This document shows, piece by piece, positions 1 through 7,183 of a stretch of DNA of 29,467 nt; positions within the stretch are counted from its first letter, which is position 1; the number at the start of each line of letters is the position of its first letter. A model generated the notes under the pieces. That model ran no database searches. It was not told the origin of the DNA and worked only from the letters and a program-made list of their open reading frames with translations. The position numbers and the translations under genes were made by a program. Origin of the DNA: Clostridia bacterium (GTDB taxonomy: Bacteria > Bacillota > Clostridia > Oscillospirales > Butyricicoccaceae); assembly GCA_017552495.1 (NCBI GenBank), contig JAFZPW010000120.1, forward strand, positions 1 through 29,467, read 5' to 3'.

Positions 1-276
1 CATGCCGCAGATCACCACGGTGTCGGCGTCCTCCGGCGAAAAAGCCGCCAGCCCGGGGCACAAAACGGCGTCGATCTTATCCGTAAGCCCCGCCCGGGCG
101 ATATTTTCCCGCGCCGCACGGAGCGGCCCCGGCCGGAGATCGGAGGCATAGGCGTGCTCCGCCCCCTGTCCGACGAGCGCCAAACAGAGATACCCGTGGT
201 CGCAGCCCACGTCAATGATCCTGCGGCTTTTTTCACAAAAGCGCGCCGCCAGCGCCAATCTGGGTGTCAGCTCCAT
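1..276 (-). CDS. trmK: tRNA (adenine(22)-N1)-methyltransferase TrmK, N-terminal part (runs off window start)
   Basis: Manual translation from ATG at 276: MELTPRLALAARFCEKSRRIIDVGCDHGYLCLAL...ASDLRPGPLRAARENI...VVICGM; the DVGCDHGYL SAM-binding motif and ICGM motif are typical of TrmK. Not in the ORF track because it has no stop in the window. Confidence 0.9.
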   Translation of the reverse strand, partial: MELTPRLALAARFCEKSRRIIDVGCDHGYLCLALVGQGAEHAYASDLRPGPLRAARENIARAGLTDKIDAVLCPGLAAFSPEDADTVVICGM

Positions 277-299
277 TTTGCCCCCTTTTCCGAATACAA

Positions 300-329
300 A
301 CAAACCAAGGGTGAGGCCCCTTGGTTTGT
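300..329 (-). terminator. Stem-loop between the DUF1858 gene and trmK (possible partial terminator)
   Basis: 12-bp inverted repeat ACAAACCAAGGG (300-311) / CCCTTGGTTTGT (318-329); only a weak U-rich tail on the minus strand. Confidence 0.45.
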
Positions 330-348
330 CGTTTTGCGCGTTTTGTTC

Positions 349-555
349 TTACGCCTGCTTAGACGCCAAAAAGGCGTTGATCTTTGCCACCAGCGCGTCG
401 GCGTCGGTGCCGTGCGCGGCGCAGGCGTCGGCGATGGATTCTCCTCTGGACGCGGGGCAGCCCAGACAATGCATTCCGATCTCAAAGAAAAACTCCGCCG
501 TTTCGATGTCGGCGTTGAGCACGTCCGCGATCAGGGTGTCCTTGGTTACGGTCAT
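349..555 (-). CDS. DUF1858 domain protein (hybrid-cluster-protein-associated redox disulfide domain), 68 aa
   Basis: MTVTKDTLIADVL...FFEIGMHCLGCPASRGESIADACAAHG; GMHCLGC..S..ES..AC..HG signature; AAGGAGGA RBS upstream of ATG 555. Confidence 0.88.
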   Translation of the reverse strand: MTVTKDTLIADVLNADIETAEFFFEIGMHCLGCPASRGESIADACAAHGTDADALVAKINAFLASKQA

Positions 556-590
556 GACGGTATCCTCCTTCAATTCTGTTTTACAGCATT

Positions 591-619
591 ATTATACAAC
601 GGCTTTTTCCCGTTTGCAA
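591..619 (-). promoter_or_regulatory. Sigma-A-type promoter for the DUF1858 gene
   Basis: Minus strand TTGCAA (619-614), 17 bp spacer, TATAAT (596-591). Confidence 0.7.
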
Positions 620-717
620 CCGTTATCTTTCCCAAAACCGCTCTTGCGATCCGCAAAAAGAAACAGGTCAAAATTGCCGGATCCGTGATTTTATTTCCCA
701 ACCTCTTCGGCCGGCCT

Positions 718-750
718 TGAAAAAAGCGCCCCCGCGGGGGCGCTTTTTCA
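718..750 (-). terminator. Rho-independent terminator downstream of the zinc-ribbon gene (symmetric, potentially bidirectional)
   Basis: AAAAAGCGCCCCC / GGGGGCGCTTTTT GC-rich stem with A/T tracts on both sides. Confidence 0.85.
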
Positions 751-766
751 GGATGCTTGTTTGGAC

Positions 767-1045
767 TCAGGCCTGCTCGCGCATCTTGGCGAAGCACTCA
801 GAGCAGTAGACCGGACGATCGGTCTTGGGCTCGAAGGGAACCTTGGCCTCTTTGCCGCAAGCGGCGCAGACAGCGGTGAAATACTCTCTGGGGCCACGGG
901 CAGCCTGCTTTCTGGCGTCACGGCAGTTCTTGCAGCGCTGGGGCTCGTTCTGGAAGCCGCGCTCTGCGTAGAATTCCTGCTCGCCGGCGGTGAAAACGAA
1001 TTCGTTGCCGCACTCTTTGCACACTAAAGTCTTGTCTTCGTACAT
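767..1045 (-). CDS. Zinc-ribbon domain protein with C-terminal CxxC-x17-CxxC domain, 92 aa
   Basis: MYEDKTLVCKECGNEFVFTAGEQEFYAERGFQNEPQRCKNCR...CAACGKEAKVPFEPKTDRPVYCSECF; RBS AGAGAGGT before ATG 1045. Confidence 0.92.
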   Translation of the reverse strand: MYEDKTLVCKECGNEFVFTAGEQEFYAERGFQNEPQRCKNCRDARKQAARGPREYFTAVCAACGKEAKVPFEPKTDRPVYCSECFAKMREQA

Positions 1046-1097
1046 GGTTTTTACCTCTCTTTTCCGCGTTGCGGTGATAGTATATTGCGAACAGGTT

Positions 1098-1649
1098 TTA
1101 CCTGCTGTCGCCTTGGGAAAGATAACGTGCCAGCTTCCGCCGGATCCGCAGGACGGCGTTTCCCACGGATTTTTCCGCACAGCCGAGCTGTTCCGCGATC
1201 TCGCGGACGGAACAACCCTCTAAATAAGGGCTGAGCACCGAGGCCTCAAAAGCAGACAGCAGACCTTGCAGGGCAGCCTTGATCTCTTTTTCGGTTTCGT
1301 TTGCCAGGCATTGCGTTTCGGGATCGGGCGTTTCCGCCCCGGTAAAGCCCAGTTTGCGCAGCGCCTCCTCTTCTTTTTGAGAAAGGCGAGCCGAGGCGCG
1401 CACCGCGTCGTAAAGCTGACGGCGGACGCACAGCGCGGCATAGGCTTCAAATCGGTCGTTTTTCGCGGGGTCGTAGCTGCGGATGGCCTTGAGCAAGCCG
1501 ATCATCCCCTCCTGATACAGATCGTCCTGATCGCCGCCCTGCAAAAAAAACGGGCGAACCAGACGGGATACCAGCCGGGAATATTGGGAAGCAGACCGTT
1601 CCTCTTCAAAAGCGGACCGCAAAGGCTCCGCAGGCAACGATATGGTCAC
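1098..1649 (-). CDS. Sigma-70 family RNA polymerase sigma factor, SigH-like
   Basis: Region 2 motif PFFLQGGDQDDLYQEGMIGLLKAIRSYD...FEAYAALCVRRQ and region 4 motif YLEGCSVREIAEQLGCAEKSVGNAVLRIRRKL; GTG start at 1649 after AAAGGAGAAG. Confidence 0.85.
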   Translation of the reverse strand: MTISLPAEPLRSAFEEERSASQYSRLVSRLVRPFFLQGGDQDDLYQEGMIGLLKAIRSYDPAKNDRFEAYAALCVRRQLYDAVRASARLSQKEEEALRKLGFTGAETPDPETQCLANETEKEIKAALQGLLSAFEASVLSPYLEGCSVREIAEQLGCAEKSVGNAVLRIRRKLARYLSQGDSR

Positions 1650-1696
1650 GGCTTCTCCTTTCGGACATACTGCCACTATCGCATACTAACAAAAGC

Positions 1697-1726
1697 AGTA
1701 TAGCCCCATTCCACAGGATTTGTCAA
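1697..1726 (-). promoter_or_regulatory. Sigma-A-type promoter for the sigH-like gene
   Basis: Minus strand TTGACA (1726-1721), 18 bp spacer, TATACT (1702-1697). Confidence 0.7.
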
Positions 1727-1776
1727 GCAAATATGCGTTTTTTTGTAAAACAGTTCAAAATTTCCCTTTTTTTCAG

Positions 1777-2235
1777 TCATTTCAGCAATTCATCGGGGTC
1801 TACCGAGTGTTCATCCTTCACCGTAGACAGAATCAGGATGGTGCGGGTATTTTGCACGCCGGGGATGGATTTCACCGTGTTGAGCAGCCGCTCCAGGCTG
1901 GGCGTGTTGTCGGTGACCACCCGCAGAAGGAAATCAAAATCGCCGGTAATGTAGTGACATTCCAAAATTTCCCGGTTTTCCCGCACCACCGACTGAAAGC
2001 GGTCGATGTATTTCGGGTGCTCCAGACTCACCTCGAAAAAGGCGTTCACATCCTTTCCCGCTTTGGCGCTGTTAAGGATGGTGGTGTGCCGCTCGATCAG
2101 TCCCGAGGATTCCAGCTTTCGGATACGCTCGATGACCGCCGACACCGACATATTCACCCGTTCACTGATTACGCTGGCGTTTTCCCGGGCGTTGGCGCGC
2201 AGACATTTGAGAATTTTTACATCTATTTCATCCAT
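1777..2235 (-). CDS. Lrp/AsnC family transcriptional regulator
   Basis: MDEIDVKILKCLRANARENASVISERVNMSVSAVIERIRKLESSGLI HTH; C-terminal ECHYITGDFDFLLRV ligand-binding (RAM) motif. Confidence 0.95.
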   Translation of the reverse strand: MDEIDVKILKCLRANARENASVISERVNMSVSAVIERIRKLESSGLIERHTTILNSAKAGKDVNAFFEVSLEHPKYIDRFQSVVRENREILECHYITGDFDFLLRVVTDNTPSLERLLNTVKSIPGVQNTRTILILSTVKDEHSVDPDELLK

Positions 2236-2265
2236 ATGGGCAACCTCCGTTACAAATTCCTTTCT

Positions 2266-2293
2266 ATTATAACACTGTTCCGAAAATTTTCAA
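2266..2293 (-). promoter_or_regulatory. Promoter for the Lrp gene (extended -10)
   Basis: Minus strand TTGAAA (2293-2288), 16 bp spacer, TGtTATAAT (-10 at 2271-2266). Confidence 0.6.
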
Positions 2294-2351
2294 CTCATTT
2301 CCTGATTTTTCATGAATTTTTCATTTTCGTCATTTTCCCGCCTGCTTTTCC

Positions 2352-2386
2352 CGAAAAAACGACGGCAGGCGTCTTTGCCTGCCGTC
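2352..2386 (-). terminator. Rho-independent terminator of the rpmH-jag operon
   Basis: GACGGCAGGC / GCCTGCCGTC 10-bp stem followed by GTTTTTT on the minus strand just after the jag stop. Confidence 0.85.
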
Positions 2387-2403
2387 AGATAAGAATTCGG
2401 TTT

Positions 2404-3141
2404 TCAGCGCTCGGCCGCGGGCCTGTTCCCCGCGGGTCTGCGGGGCCCTCTGCGCCGGTGATTGCCCGAGCGGGGCTTGCCGGAATTGCCGCTCGCCGGC
2501 TTCACCTGCTCCATGCCCTCCGGCGCCACAACCACCTTGCGATTGGGCTCGGTGCCCACGGAATAGGTGGTGACGCCCGCCGTTTCCTGCAGCGCGGCGT
2601 GGATGGTCCGGCGCTCCAGAGGATTCATGGGCTCCAGCGCCACCGGCTTGCGGTATTTCAGCGCCTTCTGCGCGGTTTTCCGCGCCAGGGCGATCAGGCT
2701 CTCTTCCCGCTTGGCACGATATTGCTCGGTATCCACCGTCACCCGCCAGCGATCCCCCTCTTGTCGGTTGGTGACGATATTGGTCAGATACTGGATGGCG
2801 TCCAACGTGTCGCCGTGATGGCCGATGACCTGATTCATGTTTTCTCCGGTCAGTTCAATGGCCACGGTGCGCGCCTCGGGATCCTCCGTGACGTGGAGCT
2901 GCGCCGGAGTGCCGAACCGCTGGAGCAGACCCTCCAGAAATTCCACGGCCCGCTGGGCGGGGGCGGGCTCGTCCTGATAAGCCACCCGCACGATGGCGGG
3001 CTGCTTGCCCAGACCCAAAAATCCCGATTTGGCCTCCTGCAGCACCTCGACGGACACATCGTCGCGGCTGAGGCCCAGTTCCCGCAACGCGTTTTCAATG
3101 GCGGCCTCGCGGGTCTCGCCCTTTGCTTCAAAATACTTCAT
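2404..3141 (-). CDS. jag: RNA-binding cell elongation regulator Jag/EloR (KhpB): Jag_N, KH and R3H domains
   Basis: Jag_N (AIENALRELGLSRDDVSVEVLQEAKSGFLGLG), KH (VIGHHGDTLDAIQYL), R3H (LEPMNPLERRTIHAAL); position after yidC. Confidence 0.95.
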   Translation of the reverse strand: MKYFEAKGETREAAIENALRELGLSRDDVSVEVLQEAKSGFLGLGKQPAIVRVAYQDEPAPAQRAVEFLEGLLQRFGTPAQLHVTEDPEARTVAIELTGENMNQVIGHHGDTLDAIQYLTNIVTNRQEGDRWRVTVDTEQYRAKREESLIALARKTAQKALKYRKPVALEPMNPLERRTIHAALQETAGVTTYSVGTEPNRKVVVAPEGMEQVKPASGNSGKPRSGNHRRRGPRRPAGNRPAAER

Positions 3142-3156
3142 GGTTTTTCGTCCTCT

Positions 3157-4005
3157 TTAATTAAACTCGTGCTTCTGTTCCTTTTCCGCCTGCTTTTGTG
3201 CCCATTTGCTCAAAAACAGTTCCTGCACGGCGGTAAGAATGTTGTTTGCGATCCAGTAAATACCCAGTGCGTTGGGAAGCATAAAGGAGAACCACAGCGA
3301 CATCAGAGGCATCATCAGCAGCAGGGTCTTGCCGGCGCTCTGGGTCTGCTCGCCCCCCATCTGGTTCCGGTTGAGCTTCTGCTGCATCAGCGACAGCAGC
3401 AGCGCGGTCAGGCCGCTCAGCAGCGGGATGATCCACAAAAGCGAGGGCTGCCGGAAATTTGCCGTCTGGGTCAGGTCGATGGCGCCCAGGTGGAAATCCA
3501 CCTTGAGCAGGCGGCTGGAAATGTCGGCCACCTTGTCGAAATTGTCGTGGATCACACCGGCCAGACCGATCTGCGAGGTAAAGCCGGTCATTTCATAGCC
3601 CAGGCGCGTTGCGATCTCGGAGATCTGGGCGGCGGTAAGCTGCATAAAATAGGTCAGCGGCTGAATGACCACGCCGTACAAACCGATCATGATGGGAACA
3701 ATGAGAAGCTGCGTGCCGCAGCCCGACATGGGCGAAACGCCCTCTTTCTCATAGAGCTTTTGCAGCTCCTCGTTCATCCGGCGCTGATCCCGGCCATAGG
3801 TCTTCTGAATCTGCTGAATTTGGGGATTGATGCGCTGCACGGACATCATGGCCCGCTTGCTCTTCATCTGGAGCGGCAGCGTCAGCACTTTGACCAGCAG
3901 CGCGAACAGAAAGATCGACAGCGCGTAGTCTCCCACGAACTGATAGATGTAGCGCATCACATAGCCAAAGGGCGTGGAAAAGATTTTGTAGAGAAACTGA
4001 TACAT
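3157..4005 (-). CDS. yidC: Membrane protein insertase YidC/Oxa1
   Basis: YALSIFLFALLVKVLTLPLQ...INPQIQQIQKTY...ELQKLYEKEGVSPMSGC...ALGIYWIANNILTAVQE motifs. Confidence 0.95.
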   Translation of the reverse strand: MYQFLYKIFSTPFGYVMRYIYQFVGDYALSIFLFALLVKVLTLPLQMKSKRAMMSVQRINPQIQQIQKTYGRDQRRMNEELQKLYEKEGVSPMSGCGTQLLIVPIMIGLYGVVIQPLTYFMQLTAAQISEIATRLGYEMTGFTSQIGLAGVIHDNFDKVADISSRLLKVDFHLGAIDLTQTANFRQPSLLWIIPLLSGLTALLLSLMQQKLNRNQMGGEQTQSAGKTLLLMMPLMSLWFSFMLPNALGIYWIANNILTAVQELFLSKWAQKQAEKEQKHEFN

Positions 4006-4254
4006 TTAGCGGTTCTCCTTTTTTCGAAAAAGATGGATTTCCTCCGGCACGGGATCATAGCCCCCTTTGCACAGGGGATTGCATCGCAGGATCCGCCAGA
4101 GTGCCAGCGCGCCGCCGCAAAGGGCGCCATGGCGCTGGATGGCCTCCGCCGCGTATTCCGAGCAGGTGGGCCGGAACCGGCAGGTTGGCCTGCCCTTATA
4201 GGGCGAAAGATTCTTCCGGTAAAACCGGATCAGCCACAGCAAAAGCTTACGCAT
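4006..4254 (-). CDS. yidD: Membrane protein insertion efficiency factor YidD
   Basis: [19 protein letters not shown]...[17 protein letters not shown] signature. Confidence 0.97.
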   Translation of the reverse strand: MRKLLLWLIRFYRKNLSPYKGRPTCRFRPTCSEYAAEAIQRHGALCGGALALWRILRCNPLCKGGYDPVPEEIHLFRKKENR

Positions 4255-4597
4255 CTTTATCCTCCGTCAGGCCAAGCTGCCCACACAAACGGAAAAGATC
4301 GCGCATAAGCTGATTGAAGGGCGCCTCCAGCGCCGCCCGTCGTCCCACGATGACGATGTCAAATCCGCTTTTCAGGCGGGCCTCGCTAAGACGATAGGCT
4401 TCCTTCAGCCGCCGGCGGATACGATTGCGTTCCGCCGCGCAGCCCAGCTTCACGGAAACGGTGATCCCCAGTTGGTTCACCGCGCTGTCCCGGTGCTTTC
4501 GCACATAAAGCACCATGCTCCTGCACGCCGCGGACTTTCCCCGGGCATACAGGGCGCGAAAGACATGATTTTCTTTGATGGAACGGGTTTTTTTCAT
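4247..4597 (-). CDS. rnpA: Ribonuclease P protein component
   Basis: [11 protein letters not shown]...[27 protein letters not shown] (RNR motif). Confidence 0.96.
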   Translation of the reverse strand: MKKTRSIKENHVFRALYARGKSAACRSMVLYVRKHRDSAVNQLGITVSVKLGCAAERNRIRRRLKEAYRLSEARLKSGFDIVIVGRRAALEAPFNQLMRDLFRLCGQLGLTEDKDA

Positions 4598-4627
4598 CGG
4601 TCAACTCCCCGAAGCGCTGCTAAAATA

Positions 4628-4652
4628 TAAGACCGCAACTCCTGCGGTCTTA
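4628..4652 (-). terminator. Internal attenuating hairpin between rpmH and rnpA
   Basis: TAAGACCGCA / TGCGGTCTTA 10-bp stem followed by TATTTTA on the minus strand. Confidence 0.6.
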
Positions 4653-4663
4653 ATTGAGCATCC

Positions 4664-4798
4664 TTAAGCAGACAGACGGGCTCTGCCCTTGGCACGGCGG
4701 CGAGCCAGGACCTTGCGGCCGTTGCGGGTCTTCATGCGCTTCATGAAGCCGTGCTCTTTCTGACGCTGACGCTTTTTGGGCTGATACGTACGAAGCAT
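4664..4798 (-). CDS. rpmH: 50S ribosomal protein L34
   Basis: [44 protein letters not shown]; GGAGG RBS upstream of ATG 4798. Confidence 0.98.
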   Translation of the reverse strand: MLRTYQPKKRQRQKEHGFMKRMKTRNGRKVLARRRAKGRARLSA

Positions 4799-4887
4799 GA
4801 TCCACACCTCCTGATCTAAGCTGTTATTGACACCGGCATGGGCTCGAAATCGGTCAAGCCCATGCCGGTGACGATAACGCACCATGT

Positions 4888-4917
4888 ATTATAATGGATT
4901 TTTCCCCTCCGTGTCAA
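4888..4917 (-). promoter_or_regulatory. Consensus sigma-A promoter of the rpmH operon
   Basis: Minus strand TTGACA (4917-4912), 18 bp spacer, TATAAT (4893-4888). Confidence 0.85.
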
Positions 4918-4959
4918 CAGTTTTTCAAAGTTTTCCTGCCATTCTTCCACGGTTTTCGG

Positions 4960-4988
4960 TTGAAGGCGCAAAAAAGGTATGATACAAT
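4960..4988 (+). promoter_or_regulatory. Promoter for the SLOG-cls operon
   Basis: TTGAAG (4960-4965), 17 bp spacer, TGaTACAAT (-10 at 4983-4988). Confidence 0.6.
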
Positions 4989-5051
4989 AGGATCATTCAG
5001 GCAGCATAACCGACACGTTCCCCATCGCTGCCGCCGTGAAAAGGAGCCGTC

Positions 5052-5531
5052 ATGGGAAAGATCTGCATATTTACGGGGCATCGCCAGCTCCCCTCTTCCG
5101 TTTCTCCGCTTCAGCAAGCCCTCGCTCTGCGAATCGAGGCGCTGGCCAGGGAAGGCTATACCGACTTCCTCAGCGGCGGCGCCGTTGGCTTTGATCTGCT
5201 GGCCGCCGAGGCCGTTTTGCGGGCCAGAGAGCGTTTTCCCGCTCTCCGGCTCCTGATGATCCTCCCTTACGAGGGGCAGGACCGCTTTTATCCCACCACC
5301 GACCGCCGGCGCTATCAAGCCCTGCTGGTGCGAGCCGATCTGGTGCGCTATACCGCCCGGGACTATTACAAGGGCTGTCTTCTGACCCGGGATCGGGTGT
5401 TGGCGGAGGCCGCCGACGGCTGCGTCTGCTATCTCACCCGCTCCACCGGCGGCACGGCCTATACCGTCCGTCACGCCGTCGCCCGGGATGTTCCCGTCTG
5501 GAATCTGGCCGACGATCTCTCCGCCCGCTGA
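5052..5531 (+). CDS. SLOG family protein (YpsA/DUF1273-like)
   Basis: CIFTGHR at the N-terminus, FLSGGAVGFDLLAAEAVL, RDRVLAEAAD...GGTAYTVRHA: SLOG/YpsA-type motifs; AAGGAG RBS. Confidence 0.85.
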   Translation: MGKICIFTGHRQLPSSVSPLQQALALRIEALAREGYTDFLSGGAVGFDLLAAEAVLRARERFPALRLLMILPYEGQDRFYPTTDRRRYQALLVRADLVRYTARDYYKGCLLTRDRVLAEAADGCVCYLTRSTGGTAYTVRHAVARDVPVWNLADDLSAR

Positions 5532-5544
5532 GAAAGGAAATTTT

Positions 5545-7119
5545 ATGTCCGCATCCGCTCCCGAAAAAAACAATCCACTGCTCACCCGCAGTAAGCGGGG
5601 CCTGCTTCAGATCGTCTTCAGCCGCACGGGCGTGGTGGCGCTGCTTCTTTTGCTGCAAATCGCCATGGGGCTTACCGTTCTCCGCTATTTCGGCAATTAC
5701 TGGCCGCAATATCATGCCGTTTTGTCGGCGCTCAGCCTTTTGATGGGCATTTATCTCATCAACACCGATTCGCCCCCTTTTTACAAGACCACCTGGCTGC
5801 TCTTTCTGGCGCTGGCGCCGGTAACGGCCGTCCCGCTTTATTTTTACATCAATCTTGATGTGGGCCACCGTCGGCTGGCCCGCCGGCTGCGCAGGATCAC
5901 TCAAGCCTCGTCCCACGCCATTCCCCTGACGGCGGCCAGCAGACGGCTGCGGGAAGAAAGCCCCTCCGACGCCGCCCTTGCCCATTATCTGCGGGAGGCG
6001 GGCGGCTTTCCTGTCTACGACCGGACAGCGGTGGAGTATTACCCCTCGGGCGAAGCCTTTTTCCCCGCCTTTCTGGAGGCGCTGGAAAGCGCCCAGCGCT
6101 TTATCTTTCTGGAATATTTCATTATCGACCGGGGCGAAATGTGGGAAACCGTGCTGGAGGTGCTCGCCCGCAAGGCCGACAAAGGCGTGGATGTGCGCCT
6201 GATCTACGACGGCACCTGTGAATTTTTCCGCCTTCCCCGCCGCTATGCGGACACGCTGCGCGCCCGCAACATCCAGTGCCACGTGTTCGCCCCCATCCAT
6301 CCCTTTGTCTCCACCCGTTATAATTACCGGGATCACCGGAAGATCGCCGTGATCGACGGCCGTGTGGCCTTTACCGGCGGCCTCAATCTGGCCGACGAAT
6401 ATATCAACCGCTTTTCTCCCTTCGGCCACTGGAAGGACAATGCCGTCCGCCTGCAGGGCGAGGCGGCAAAGACCTTTACCCTGCTCTTTCTCCAGCTCTG
6501 GCAAATGGATGAAAAGGATCTGCAATTCGAGCCCTATCTCTCGGCGCCCGCTGAGGAGCACCCCCAGGCGCGGGGCTTCGTAATCCCCTATGGCGACCAT
6601 CCGCTGGACGATCAGCCGGTGGGCCAGTCGGTCTATCTGCACATTCTCAATCAGGCCACCCGCTACGTCCACATCATGACGCCCTATCTCATTTTGGACA
6701 GCGAACTGGAATCGGCGCTCAAATTCGCCGCCCGGCGCGGGGTGGACGTTTCCATTCTGCTGCCTCACATCCCCGACAAAAAGCTGGCCTTTGCCCTTGC
6801 AAAGAGCCATTATCCCGCCCTCATCGCCGCGGGGGTAAAAATCTACGAATACACGCCCGGCTTCCTCCACGCAAAAACCTTTGTCAGCGATGACCTCCGC
6901 GCCGTGGTGGGCACCATCAATCTGGATTTTCGCAGCCTGTTCCATCATTTTGAATGCGCCGCCTATTTTTACAAAACCGACTGCGTGGACGCGGCAGAGG
7001 AGGATTTTCAAAAAACCCTGAAGCAAAGTCACCGCATTACCCGCAAAGAGGCCGCCTATCCCGGCTTTTTCTACAAACTTATGGGAATTATAATCAAAGC
7101 CTTCGCCCCGCTGATGTAA
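5545..7119 (+). CDS. cls: Cardiolipin synthase (phospholipase D family)
   Basis: N-terminal TM segments plus PLDc_N; two HKD motifs NYRDHRKIAVIDG and GFLHAKTFVSDD...GTINLDFRS; GAAAGGA RBS before ATG 5545. Confidence 0.93.
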   Translation: MSASAPEKNNPLLTRSKRGLLQIVFSRTGVVALLLLLQIAMGLTVLRYFGNYWPQYHAVLSALSLLMGIYLINTDSPPFYKTTWLLFLALAPVTAVPLYFYINLDVGHRRLARRLRRITQASSHAIPLTAASRRLREESPSDAALAHYLREAGGFPVYDRTAVEYYPSGEAFFPAFLEALESAQRFIFLEYFIIDRGEMWETVLEVLARKADKGVDVRLIYDGTCEFFRLPRRYADTLRARNIQCHVFAPIHPFVSTRYNYRDHRKIAVIDGRVAFTGGLNLADEYINRFSPFGHWKDNAVRLQGEAAKTFTLLFLQLWQMDEKDLQFEPYLSAPAEEHPQARGFVIPYGDHPLDDQPVGQSVYLHILNQATRYVHIMTPYLILDSELESALKFAARRGVDVSILLPHIPDKKLAFALAKSHYPALIAAGVKIYEYTPGFLHAKTFVSDDLRAVVGTINLDFRSLFHHFECAAYFYKTDCVDAAEEDFQKTLKQSHRITRKEAAYPGFFYKLMGIIIKAFAPLM

Positions 7120-7135
7120 GGCAGGCAAACGAACC

Positions 7136-7170
7136 AACGCCCCCGCGCAGCACGCTGCGCGGGGGCGTTT
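7136..7170. terminator. Bidirectional terminator between convergent cls and M20 peptidase genes
   Basis: 16-bp inverted repeat AACGCCCCCGCGCAGC / GCTGCGCGGGGGCGTT. Confidence 0.8.
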
Positions 7171-7183
7171 ATCCTGCTTTTTC

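Noticed and set aside
597-627. AACGG...CCGTT inverted repeat in the DUF1858 promoter spacer as an operator
   Set aside because: Only 5-6 bp arms; does not match a regulator motif I can name.
761-1027. Plus-strand 88-aa ORF (MDSGLLAHLGEAL...)
   Set aside because: Antisense shadow of the zinc-ribbon gene; no RBS or promoter, and the minus-strand protein carries the recognisable motifs.
1720-4308. 862-aa plus-strand ORF
   Set aside because: Antisense shadow spanning lrp, jag, yidC and yidD; a typical artefact of high-GC codon bias with no domain features.
4800-5050. Possible oriC next to rpmH
   Set aside because: No dnaA gene, no DnaA-box cluster and no clear DUE; the space is accounted for by two promoters and a leader hairpin.
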